DNA from: Alphaproteobacteria bacterium | GTDB taxonomy: Bacteria; Pseudomonadota; Alphaproteobacteria; MPNO01; UBA830 | Assembly (NCBI GenBank): GCA_965243135.1 | Contig: OZ251539.1 | Coordinates: 160,001-224,000, forward strand | Direction of reading: 5' to 3' | Length of the DNA: 64,000 nucleotides | Program-made: the position numbers and the translations under genes | The notes under the pieces: generated by a model | The model's input: only the letters and a program-made list of their open reading frames with translations | Databases searched by the model: none | What the model was told of the DNA's origin: nothing | Shown: positions 17,427 through 29,200 of the stretch, in pieces | How the letters are laid out: every line of letters begins with the position of its first letter | Numbering within the stretch: the first letter of the stretch is position 1

Positions 17427-20400
17427 GTGCAAACGGACATGAACGGAGGCGATCTGGGGAAAGCGCAGGACATCATCCGCGAGCGCAGGGAAGACGCAGG
17501 GGACGGCAAATGGCTGGAGACGCTCACGCGGGACGTGGCGCCGCACCTGACCGAGTGGCAGATCGAGCAGGCTTGGGAATGGGCGGACTGGCCCGATCGC
17601 GAAAAGACCATGGGCGAGCGCTCGCGCGCGGCCGACGACGGCGTGGACATCGTGGCCAGAGGTCGGGACGGCAGGCTGATCGCCATCCAGTGCAAGGCGC
17701 GAGGACGAACGAGGGAGGGACACGAAGGCGCCGTCAAGGCAGCCGAGGTCAACGCGTTTCTGGCAGCGACCAAGAATCCGGTTTGGGCCGAACGGTGGAT
17801 CGTGTCGAACGTACAGCCGACGGAGAACGTGCGGCAGAAGCTCGAGCCGCTCGGAGATCCTGAAGCGCCGATCCGATGGGTGATCATTTCCGAGGCCATC
17901 GGGGCCGAGATGGACAATCGCAAGGCGGCGCAAGGATGGGAGGAGGATCCGAGGACCGCGATGCAGAACGAGGCGATCGAGAAGACGGTCGCGGGACTGG
18001 AAGCGCTGCGCAGGGCGAAGGCAAGGCACCCGGGATGGGAACCGGACGAGAGCCGCGGGCGGACGATCATGCCTTGCGGCACGGGAAAGACGCGCGTTGG
18101 CTACGAGGTGTCCAGGCGAATCGCGGGGGGGGGGGGGGGGGAACTCACCGTGGTCATGGCGCCGAGCATCGGGCTGGTCCGGCAGCTCCGTCTGGCGTGG
18201 CTGGATTGGGCGGAGCGCAGCGGGGAGAAGCTCGACACCCTGTCGGTCTGCTCCGACCAACGCGTAGCGGATCCACGGGATAGAAGGCACGAGGAGGAAG
18301 AGAGGGCGGCTACGGACGAAATGCGGGTCGGCACGGACGGCGACCCGACGGAAGACAGGGGCAGCGTCGACGCCGCGGAGCTCGTAGGCAGCGTGGCGAG
18401 GGAGAGCGCAGGGATCATGAGGTGGCTCGAAGGGCGCAAGGAGCCGCGTGACCGCCGACCCGTCATCTTCTCGACATACCAGTCGGGGCACCAAACCGCG
18501 GAGGCGCTGCGCAAAAGCAAGATGCGCGCGGCGCTCCTGATCTGCGACGAAGCGCACCGCACGGCGGGCATCAGGAAAACCAAGAGGAAGGAGCTGGGCG
18601 AAAAGATCCGGTCGTTCACGATATGCCACCGAAGCCAAGACTTCCCGGCGCGAACCCGCCTGTACATGACGGCCACCCCGCGGGTCTTCGCGATGGGAGA
18701 AGGCAAGAAGAAGGTCGAGTGGGAAGTCCACACGATGGACGACGAAGCCACGTTCGGGGCCGAGTGTTACCGTCTGCCCTATAAGGACGCGGTGGAGAAG
18801 GGCTATATCAGCGATTACCGCATCATGGCGGTCATGGTGCCGGCGAGCGGTCACGAGGTGGCGAATCGGGAGGCCCGGAAGCGCGAATCGACGCTGGCGA
18901 AAGAAGGGGACGGAACAAGCGTCGGCGTCGCCACGAGCCTCAACGTGCGCAAGCTGGCCTACGCGATGGCGCATGGTGCCGGATCCGAAAGGCAACGGGC
19001 AACTCCCGATCGGGGCGAGCATCGCGTTCTGCAACAGGATCGATCAGTCGAAGAACTTGGCGGAGGAGCTGACCGGACAACCGGTGAAGGACTGGCTTAA
19101 GGACTTGGGCACGGGGACCGACGCGGAGGTCAAGGAGTACTGCATCGAGCACCGCGACTCAGGCGATAGCGCGGCGAGGCGCGAGGAAGCGCTGCTGGGA
19201 CTGCGCAGCGCGACAACCGACGAACCTTACGGGGTCAGCAACGTCGGGATCTTCGGGGAAGGGATCGACACGCCGGAGCTCAACGCGGTGGCGTTCATCG
19301 AACCGCGCAAGAGCCCGGTGGAGGTGATCCAGGCGGTCGGTCGGGTCATGCGGCGGAGCGAGACGAAGGAGATGGGCTACGTCATCGTGCCGTTGGAGAT
19401 CCCGCCCACGCAAAACGCTGAAGCGTGGCTCGAAGGATGCGAGAACGCCGAAGGATGGAAGGAGCTGGGACAGATCCTCAACGCGCTGCGCGCGCACGAC
19501 GGTCGGATCGAGCGCGAACTCGCCAAGCTGCTGCACGTCGCGGTCCCGCCGCAAGACGAACTTGCGCAGCACTTGGCCGTCATCTGGGACGCGGAGGGCG
19601 AGTTCGCAGTGCTCTGGACCGGGTACGGATTCGAAGAGGTCGTGGCCAACGCCGAGGAAGGAACGTCCGCCCGGGAAAGGCTGGCGAAGCGCGGGTCGCT
19701 CGAAGATGCGAGAGAGGTCGAAACGGTCGATGAGATCCCGTCCGTGACATATATCGTGGACGACCGTCAGGAGACCCGCCCGCTCATCGCCCCGGTGAAT
19801 ACGTACCCAGAGTGGCAGCGAGAAGAGGAAGGCTACCGGACAGGACCGGCAATCGAACGCGCCTCAAGGACGCTGAGGGAAGAGATCCGCAAGCCGAAAC
19901 GGGATCGGCGGAAGCTGCGCCCAGCAAGGAAGCAGGCGAAGAAGAGAAAGGAGGGCAAGACTGACCGGGCGACGCAGCGTTCGCTCGAGCTCTTGCACTC
20001 GCTCCAAGAGGAGGGCGCGGAAGCGGTCCGGGTCAACGTGCTGGAACGGTCGGGGCTGCTGGGCGGGCCGGAGCGCGACTTCAACGTGTTGCGCGAGAGC
20101 GTGGAGGCCGCGGCGGCACGGCTGAAAGAGGACGCGCTTGAAGACGAGCTCAAAAGTCAGCTCGGCATGCAGAACATGACGAATGACGGGAAGAAGCGAG
20201 CGGACGCGTGCACCGTGACGGCGCTCCTGCTGATGACCGCGTCCATCGTGCACGCCCGGATCGAGCGTTCCGGCAGTTTGAAGGGGCGGAAAACGATCTT
20301 GCTGGAGGAAGTATCGAGGCACGAGTCGCCCGCCGAAGCGCTGATGAGCGCTTGGGATGAAATCCTGGCGATCGATTACCGGCCAGTGTTCGAGAAGGCT

Positions 20401-22506
20401 CGTAACCTGCTCCGACACCTGACGCGTCAGGTGCGCAAGACCGCTGCGCTGGATGCCGCGATCCGGGGAATCACGCGCGACGCCGGGGAGATCGCCGACA
20501 CCTACGCCGCCATGGGCATGGACCACGCGGGGGAGTTGTTCAACAAAGTGATGGGCGACCAGGCGGCCGACGGCGCGTATTTCACGCGGCCGGTAGCCGG
20601 CGTGCTGCTCGCGGAGCTCGCCATGGAAGCATGCGGCGAAACGCAATGGAACATGGAGGATACATGGAAGCGGGCGAGACTCATGGACCCCGCATGCGGA
20701 AGCGGCACGCTGCTGATGGCATGGATAGCGGCAATGAAACGCCGGGCGATCAAAGACGGAGCAGGGGAAGAGATCAGCGCTAAGCTGCACAAATATATGG
20801 TGGAGGAAGGGATTGCGGGACTCGACATCAACCCTGTGTCCCTGCAGCTCGCCGGCGCGCAGCTCACCATCGGGGACCTGAAGGCGCGATACAGAAAGAT
20901 GGGGCTGTGGGAAATGCCCTACGGTTACGGGAACGGGGACAACCGGACAGAGCCGGCGAGCGCGGGCTCGCTGGAGTTGCTGACCGACAAGAGGATCGTC
21001 GGCAGTTCGCCGTGGGATGCCCAAGGACAGGGGAGCTTCGATCTTGAGGGTGAACGGACATACATGGACAAGGCGAAGGGGGTGCGCATCGCGCTGCGCG
21101 AAGACGAGCCGAGGGAGCAGGAGGGGGTCGTCGACGATGTGGTCGAAGAAATCGGAGGGCGCAGGGTTGCGCTGATGAACCCCCCGTTCGTGACCCGGAA
21201 GAAACTGGGATTGAAGTTCGAGCGGGGTCAGCAGATAGCGGTGCGCAAGCGCATCGACGGTGCCCAGGCCATCCTCGAAGTTGCAGACCCCGCGATGCAG
21301 GGAATGGCGGAGAAGACGACGACGCAGCCGCTCTATGTCGCGCTGGGCCTAAAGTGCACCGACGCCGAAAGAGGGGTCCTGGGGATGGTCATCCCGACCG
21401 CCGGACTGCTTGCGCCGAGCGGACTGCGGCAGCGGCGAATTCTCGCCGACCAACTGCACATCCGTTACGTGCTGACGTGCCACGAACCGAACAACGTCAA
21501 CTTGAGCCAGGGAACGGCGGTCAACGAGAGCCTTGTCGTCGGCGCCCGGGCGGGCCGCGGGGAAGGAAGAGCCACGCGCTTCGTGAGCCTGGACAGGCTG
21601 CCTCGCACGGCGAGGGAGGCCGTGGAGGTTGCAGAAGCCGTGGCGGGCGGAAAGCAAATTCCGGAAGGGCGGGCGAAGGAGGTATGCGCCGAGCGGATGG
21701 CGGCAGGGGACTGGAGCGCCGCCGGATGGCGGGATCCGACGCTGGACGACGCCGTCGAGGAGATGCTCGGGTGGGGAAGCCTGATCCCGATGGGAGAGGC
21801 AAATGTGACCATGAAGGCGCCGGGGCACGGGTCGCTTGTGGAGTACAAGGGGACAGGCGTTGCACGATGGGTGCTCAATTCGAAAGCTGCGGACGGACAG
21901 ATGCGGATCGAAGGGCGTCCCGACTCGAAGATGCTGCCGAAACCGAGCGAAGGCGAGACGAAAGACCCCAGGGAAGCGCGGGAGGAGAGGTTGTGGAGTA
22001 AATGGATGAAAGAGTGCGCGAGCCACCTGTTGGTGACCGCAGGGCAGGATACGGGGACTGCGCGAGTGAGCGCCGTCGCCTGCGAAAAGAAACAAATCGG
22101 GATGTGGTGGAAGCCGGTGCAAGGGCTGACCCTGCAACAGGCGAAAGCGTGGTCCGTCTGGCTGAACAGTACGCCCGGCAGGCTTATGACCCTGGTTCAT
22201 CGGGGCAAGAAACTTAACTTCCCCGTCTACAACCCGCAGGCTTTACTGCGGATCCGGGTTCCGATGCTCGATCAGCCGAGGGCGATAGAGCGGTTGGCGC
22301 GGGCTTGGGAAGAAACCCGCGGAATGGAGGTTCCGCAGTATCGGGAGGGATACGCGCCGGTTCGGCAGGCTTGGGACAAGGCGGTCTGCGAAGCGTTGGA
22401 CGAAGCGGAAGGCGGCAAGGTGAGAGAGTGGGCGGAGAAGCTCAACCGGGAGCCCGCCATCAGTCTGGAAGGATTTTTCGAAGAGGCAAAGGACGCGCGG
22501 AGGTAA
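17427..22506 (+). pseudogene. Type ISP-like single-polypeptide restriction-modification enzyme (Mrr nuclease-SF2 helicase-N6-adenine MTase-TRD), split by a frameshift near 18970
   Basis: Part 1 (GTG 17427): DDGVDIVA...IAIQCK nuclease, MPCGTGKT, STYQS, ICDEAHRTAG, YMTATPR. Part 2 (18973-22506): GEGIDTP, IQAVGRVMR, YFTRP, DPACGSGTLL, LMNPPF. Domain order matches LlaGI/LlaBIII-type enzymes. Confidence 0.8.
18125..18141 (+). repeat. G17 homopolymer inside the R-M helicase region
   Basis: tcgc-G17-aactc; in frame as assembled (AGGGGGE). Confidence 0.85.
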
Positions 22507-22696
22507 CGGCGGAAGGGGATCCGAAGCCTTCTCGTTCGCCGAAGGACTGTCGCGCGACATCCCCCTGCCGACGGCGCGGCGGCTCCGGACCGTTGGCCGG
22601 GATGCGTGCGGACGTGACAATCTCCCCCTATCGACTCCGCGAGGTGCCGGGCGGGCGGCGGGCCGACGAAAACGGCACGGCGCAAACGCCTCGAAA

Positions 22697-22932
22697 TTCA
22701 GAACTCCTGACATGCCGCCCGATAATCGGTTATTTTTGTTTATTCTTTGTGCAATCGCCATTAAATATTTTATTGAACACGCGTCAGGGCGGCATGGTCG
22801 CGCCTTGTCTTCTTGCCCGACAACGCAGTCTCGTTCGCGGCTGCCTTCGGCTTTTCGAGCGGTCCATCGCCGCGCCTTTCCCAAGAAGTGTCGAACGTCC
22901 AGTAAAAATCTAACAATGTCAGGAGGTCTGAA
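22697..22932. repeat. Inverted-repeat pair (16/17 bp) enclosing a 202-bp AT-rich segment; candidate invertible promoter
   Basis: TTCAGAACTCCTGACAT (22697-22713) and ATGTCAGGAGGTCTGAA (22916-22932) are reverse complements with one mismatch; weaker similarity continues outward. Confidence 0.65.
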
Positions 22933-23019
22933 ATTAGGGTTTCTCTCCTGCTTCCCGCCGCTAGATTTCGAGCCAGCTTGCGCGCGGGCGGTCATCGGGC
23001 CGACCGAGAGCGATTTCTG

Positions 23020-23053
23020 CCTATACGACAAGAAGGGACCTATACGACAAGAA
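23020..23053 (+). repeat. 15-bp direct repeat, 19-bp period
   Basis: CCTATACGACAAGAA at 23020-23034 and 23039-23053. Confidence 0.8.
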
Positions 23054-23203
23054 ACGAAAAGCGTCGAATTTCACTGGATAGCCGGGATGTTGGAAACCAG
23101 CTTTTGCGAAGGGGGGCTTTGCGTCGTTCCGGGCGATGATTCCGGAATTCGGCGGCGGTAGGAGCGGGCAGCGCCCGTTCGCCGGTCCATTGGCGTGAAA
23201 TTT

Positions 23204-23223
23204 CCCCCCCCCCCCCCCCCCCC
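23204..23223 (+). repeat. C20 homopolymer immediately upstream of (or within the 5' end of) the giant gene
   Basis: gtgaaattt-C20-gccccgcgaggcgtcGTG. Confidence 0.85.
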
Positions 23224-23238
23224 GCCCCGCGAGGCGTC

Positions 23239-26200
23239 GTGAAGGCAACGGCGGGCAGTAGCCGGCTCGCTGCGGCCTTGGCGGGCATTGCGCTCGCGAG
23301 CGGGTTCGCCGTAGCGCTGGTGGCGGGCGGGCCGGAGGCGGGGGCGCATGTCGGCAACAGCCACCCCCTGCTACCCCACACGAACAGCTTCAGCATATAT
23401 TTCCGCGGTCACCAACTGGACAATCCCTATATCGTTTCCCGGCCCGAGTCCGGCGACACCTACTGGCCGGGCGAGACCGTCACGGTGCTGGTGCCGTGGG
23501 GCTGGGCGAACACTCGCAGCATCTCCATCAACTCGGTCGACACGGTCCAGCTCACCATCTCGGTGGGCAGCACCACGCGCACCCTCACCGGGAAGTGGGA
23601 GGATCGGGAACGGCGCTACGGCCTGGGAAACACCTCCTTCCGCCGGCTCTATTTCGATTACGTGGTGCGGAAGGGCGACCGCGACAGCGACGGCATCAGC
23701 CTCGCCGAGAACGCGCTGCACTCCCCCGGCCGCGCCGAGAGCGGCATCAGGGGGACGGCCGGCGGCAGTTTCCGGCAGTTCGAGCTGGAAAAGCTGCTGC
23801 ACGGCTTCGGCGCCCAGTCCGGGCACAAGGTGGATACGCCGGCGCCGACGTTTTCCGGAGTGTCGGGGCCGACGGTCACGCTTTACACCGGCGGATCCGT
23901 GAACTACCGGCTGCCGAAGATCGCGAATGCGGACGAGGCGCACAACGTCGGCTATTCGGTGACGCCGGCGCTGCCGACCGGACTGGCGCTGAACGCGTCC
24001 ACGGCGACCATCGCCGGGTCGCGCAGCAGCGCTTCGTCGCGGGGCAACTACACGCTGCGCGCGACGGACGGGTTCGGGCGCACGGCCGATCTCGCCTTCA
24101 CCCTGGCGGTCTCCAACGACGTGGGGATCGAGTCGATCTCGATCGCCTCGAATCCCGGCACGGACAAGACCTACGGCAAGAACGGGGATTTCGGAACCAA
24201 CGACCGCATCGACGTGACGGTGGATTTCACCCACCGGCTGGGCACGGTGCTCACCGACCGCCTGTATCTGGACATCCGCGTCGGGGCCAACGCGCGCCGC
24301 GCGAGCAACCCGACCTGGCGCAACGAGAACGGTCGTTGGGACAAGCTCTATTTCAGCTACGCGGTGCAGGAGGGCGACTGGGACGGCGACGGCATCTCCT
24401 TTCCGCAGAATCCGATGGGCGGCGGCAAGACCGGCGGTTTACGGTTCCACACCGCCGGGCGCGGCGGCGGCGACAACCGGGTGAACCGGGATTTCGGGGC
24501 GGTGCCGGACGATCCCGGTCACAAGGTCCGCGGGCGGCAGACCGCGCCGACCTTCGGCTCGACGGCCAGCCCGTCCTGGATCTGGGTCGCGGACAACGCG
24601 GTCTCGCAGCAGTTGCCGACGGCGACGCAGGGCGACGGCGGCGTGACCTACGGCGTCAAGGAGTCTCTGCCGGACGGACTCGCCTTCGCCGCCGCGACGC
24701 GGACGATCTCCGGCACGCCGACGGCGGCGCAAGCCGCTGCGAACTACACGCTGGTGGCGACGGACGGGGACGGCGACAAGGCGGAGCTGCGCTTCTCCAT
24801 CGAAATTCAGGAGCTGCTGCTCTCCATCTCCTCGCCGAGCGCGACGGAAGGCGCGGCGGGCGAGACCGCGACGCTGGAGTACGACGTGACCCTGAACCGG
24901 GCGCCGGGGCGGCAGGTGACGGTGGATTACGCCGCGGCAACGAACCCGGGGACGGCGTCGTCGGGGGCCGACTACGCGGCGTTTTCCGGCGACACGCTGA
25001 CTTTCGCGGCGGCGGAGACGAGCAAGACCGTCACCGTGACGGTGACCGGGGACGCGCTGGACGAGCCGGCCGAGACGGTGCGGGTGGCGCTCTCCAACCC
25101 CTCCGGCGCGACGCTGGGGAGCGCCGCCGTCGGCACGGGCACGATCGCCGACGACGACCCGACGCCGACGCTCGCGCTCGCGCTTTCGGATCCGGACCCG
25201 GGGAGGCCCGACACGATCGCCGAAAGCGGGGCGGGCAATGCGACCGCGGTGACGGCGAGCCTGGCCGGCGGGATCTCGGGCGAGGCGATCACGGTGACGG
25301 TGGCGGCGGTGGCGGTCTACGCGGCCCTCGCCGCCGACGGCGGCTTCGCGTTGAGCGCGGGCCGGACGCTGACCATCGCGGCCGGGGCGACGGCGAGCGC
25401 CGGCGCGGTGACGGTCACGGCGGTGGACGACGCCATCGACTCGACGGACAAGAGCGCGACGGTGAGCGGGACCCTGGCCGGCGGGCACGGGCTGGTGGCG
25501 GCGCCGTCGAGCCTGACGCTGACCATCGCCGACGACGACTCGCGGCCCACGTCGGCCTTGGCCCTCGGCCCGGCCTCGATCTCGGAGACGGGCGGCGTCG
25601 CGACGGTGACGGCGACGCTTTCCAACCCCTCGGCCGCCGCGGTGACGCTGACGGTGGCGGCGGCGCCGGGGACGGGCGCGGCGGTGGGCGACTACGCCCT
25701 GAGCGCGGCCAACGCGCTGACCATCGCGGCGGGGGCGACGGCGAGTTCGGGGCAGGTGACGGTGACGGCGGTGGGGAACCCCACCGATTCGGCCGACAAG
25801 GGCGTGACGATCTCGGCGACGGCGGCGGGCAGCCCCGGGGCGGCGGACCCTCCGAACGCGACCCTGACGATCCGCGACGACGACGGTACGCCCACGGTGT
25901 CGCTGGTGCTGTCGTCGTCGTCGGTCCCGGAGAACGGCGGGACGGCGACGGTGACCGCGGCGCTGAACGGCACGTCGAGCGAAGCGGTGACGGTCACGGT
26001 GGCGGCGACGGCGGCGTCCTCGTCCGGCGCGGTGGACGGCGATTTCACGCTGACGGGAACGACGCTGACCATCGCGGCGAACGCCACGGCCAGCGTCGGC
26101 GCGGTCACGATCGCGGCCAACGACAACGCGGTGGATTCGGCGGACAAGTCGGTGACGGTCTCGGGCACGGCATCCGGGGGCAACGGCATCGCGGACCCGG

Positions 26201-29200
26201 CGAGCCTGACCCTGACCCTGGCCGACGACGAGGCGACGCCCACGGTTCGGCTGGCGCTCTCGCCGGCGTCCGTCGCGGAGGCGGGCGGAGCGGCGTCGGT
26301 GACCGCGACGCTCTCCGGCGAGTCGAGCGAAGCGGTGACGGTCACGGTGTCCGCCGCGCCGGGGGCGGGGACGGATTTCACGTTGACGGGCACGGAACTG
26401 ACCATCGCGGCGGGTTCGACCGCGAGCGCGGGCGCAGTGACGGTGACCGCGAGCCCGGACACGGCGGATTCGGCGGACAAGCGGGTGACGATCTCCGGGC
26501 GGGCGGCGGGCGGCAACGGCGCGGCGAACCCGGCGGACGCGACGCTGACCATCGTGGACGACGACGCGCTGCCGACGCTGTCGCTCGCGCTTTCGGCCGC
26601 GACCATCGACGAAAGCGGGGCCGGCAACGTCGCGACGGTGACCGCGACCCTTTCCCACCCCTCGGGCGAATCGGTGGAGGTCGCGGTCTCGCTCGTGCCG
26701 ACGCCGCCGGCGGCGGCGGGCGATTTCAGCTGGAGCGCGAACAGGACGCTGACCATCGCGGCGGGGGCGACGGCGAGCGCGGGGGTGGTGGAGATTACGG
26801 CGGTCGACGACGGGGCGGACGCGCCTGACAAGACGGCGACGGTCTCCGGCGCGGCCACGGGCGGGCGCGGGGTGGCGGATCCGGGGAGCCTCGCGCTCAC
26901 CGTCGCCGACGACGACGACGCGCCGGAGGTGACGCTTTCGGCGTCGCCGGCGTCGATTTCCGAGAACGGCGGCAAGGCCACGGTGACCGCGACGTTGAGC
27001 CTGACCTCGAGCGCGGCGACGACGATCACGGTGACGGCGGCTTCCGGAGCCTACACGGTGGGTTCGGACGCCGCCATCGTCATCGCCGCGGGGCAGACGG
27101 CGAACGCGGCGGACACGGTGGAGGTCACGGCGGTGGATAACGACGTCTACGAAGGCGGCGGCGGGCGCGCGACGACGGTGACGGCCGGCATGGCCAACGA
27201 CCAGGGCACGAGCGCGGTGACCGGGGCGGCGCTGACGCTGACCGACGACGAGGCGCAGCCGACGCTGACCCTGGTCCTGTCGCCGGCGTCGGTTTCGGAG
27301 ACGGGCGGAGTGTCGACGGTGACGGCGCGGCTGTCGGGGGCGTCGAGCGCGCCGGCCACGGTGACGGTGACGGCGACCGCGGGGACGAACGCGGTTTCGG
27401 ACGACTTCGCGCAGACGGGAACGAAGCTGACCATCGCGGCGGGAGCCACGACGAGCTCGGGCGCGGTGACGGTGACGGGGCGGGGCGACGACACGGATTC
27501 GCCGGACAAGTCGGTGACGGTCGCGGGCGTGGTCGCGAGCGGCAACGGATTGACGGGTCTGGCGGACACGACGCTGACGCTGGAGGACGACGACGCGACG
27601 CCGACGGTGACGCTCCGGTTGTCGCGGGCGTCGCTCGCCGAGGACGGGGCGGACAGCGCGGCGGTGACCGCGACGCTCTCGCACCCGTCGAGCGAAGCGG
27701 CGACCGTCACGGTGTCGGCGAACCCGGTGGCCCCGGCGGTCGCGGGCGATTTCGACCTGAGCGCGACCAGGACCCTGACCATTGCGGCGGGGCAGACCGC
27801 GAGCGTCGGCGCGGTGACGATCGCGGCCGACGACAACGACGTGGACGCGCCGGACGGGAGGGTGCGGGTCTCGGGCGTGACCACGGGCGGGCGCGGCGCG
27901 GCGGACCCGGCGGCCGCGACCCTCACGATCGTCGACGACGAGGCGACGCCGACGGCGACGCTGGCGCTGTCTTCGACGTCGATCTCGGAAGGCGGCGGGG
28001 TGGCGACGGTGACGGCGACGCTGTCGGGCAAGTCCGGCGCGGCGGTGACGGTGACCGTGGCGGCGGAGCCGGGGACGGGCGCGGCGGCGGCGGACTACGC
28101 GCTGAGCGCGAACGATGCGCTGACCATTGCGGCGGGCGCGACCGCGAGCGCGGGCGCGGTGACGATTACGGCGGTGAACAACGACGTGGCGGCGGCGGAC
28201 AAGACCGTGACGGTGACGGGCGCGGCGGCGGGGGGCCATGGGGTGGCGAACCCGGCGAGCGCGACGCTGACGATTGCCGACAACGAGAGCGGAACGCCGA
28301 CGGGGGACGACAGGCGTTGGAGAGCGGGAACCGGTTATGACGTCGCCACGGCGTCGCTGCTCGGCAAGACCGCCCCGCAAACGATCGACGTGACCCCGTC
28401 GGCTACGGCTGTCGCGTCGCAGCGGCAGGTCTGGGCGTGCGCTTACAGGACGGTCAGGCGAAGCGACGGAAATTTCGCCCCCGCGCCGACCGAGAGCGCC
28501 GTTTGCCGCCTCGCCGCCGGCGCCGGCTGGTCCAGGACGATCCGTCTTACGCAGGCGATGATCGACAATGACGGCGTGGTCGTCATCGTCACGCATACGG
28601 TCCGCGGCGGGACCGACGGCAGACAGACCTATTTCGACTATGCGGAGTGGATCCCCATCGCCGCGCTGCCCAAGGCGACCCTTTCCCTGTCTCCGGCGGC
28701 GATCTGGGAGAACGCCGGGGTTTCCACGGTGACGGCGACGCTGGACAAGGCGGCGGTGTCGGCGGCGACCCTCACGGTGTCGGTGACGCCGGCGCCCCCG
28801 GCCCTGGCGGGCGACGCCGCCCTGTCGGCGCCGGCCGCGCTGACCTTCGCGGCGGGGGCGACGGCCAGCGCCGGCACGGTGACGATCACGGGGGCGGACA
28901 ACGCGGTCGATGCGCCGGACAAGCGGGTGACGGTTCGGGCGGCGGCGAGCGGCGACGCGCGGGCGCCGCCCGCCGCGACGCTGACGCTGCGCGACGACGA
29001 CGATCCGCCGACGCCCGCGCTGGCGGCGTCGCCGGCCTCGATTTCGGAGTCGGGCGGGGTGTCGACGGTGACCGCGGTCCTCAGCCATCCGTCGAGCGCG
29101 GCGACCACCGTCACGGTCTCGGCCGCGGCGGGGGCGCACGCGGCCGCGGCGGACTTCGCGCAGACGGGGGCGACGCTGACGATCCCGGCGGGGCGGACGG

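Noticed and set aside
22243-23396. Short ORFs on both strands between the R-M gene and the adhesin (looked for an invertase)
   Set aside because: No serine- or tyrosine-recombinase motifs or coherent codon bias; the region is better explained as regulatory.
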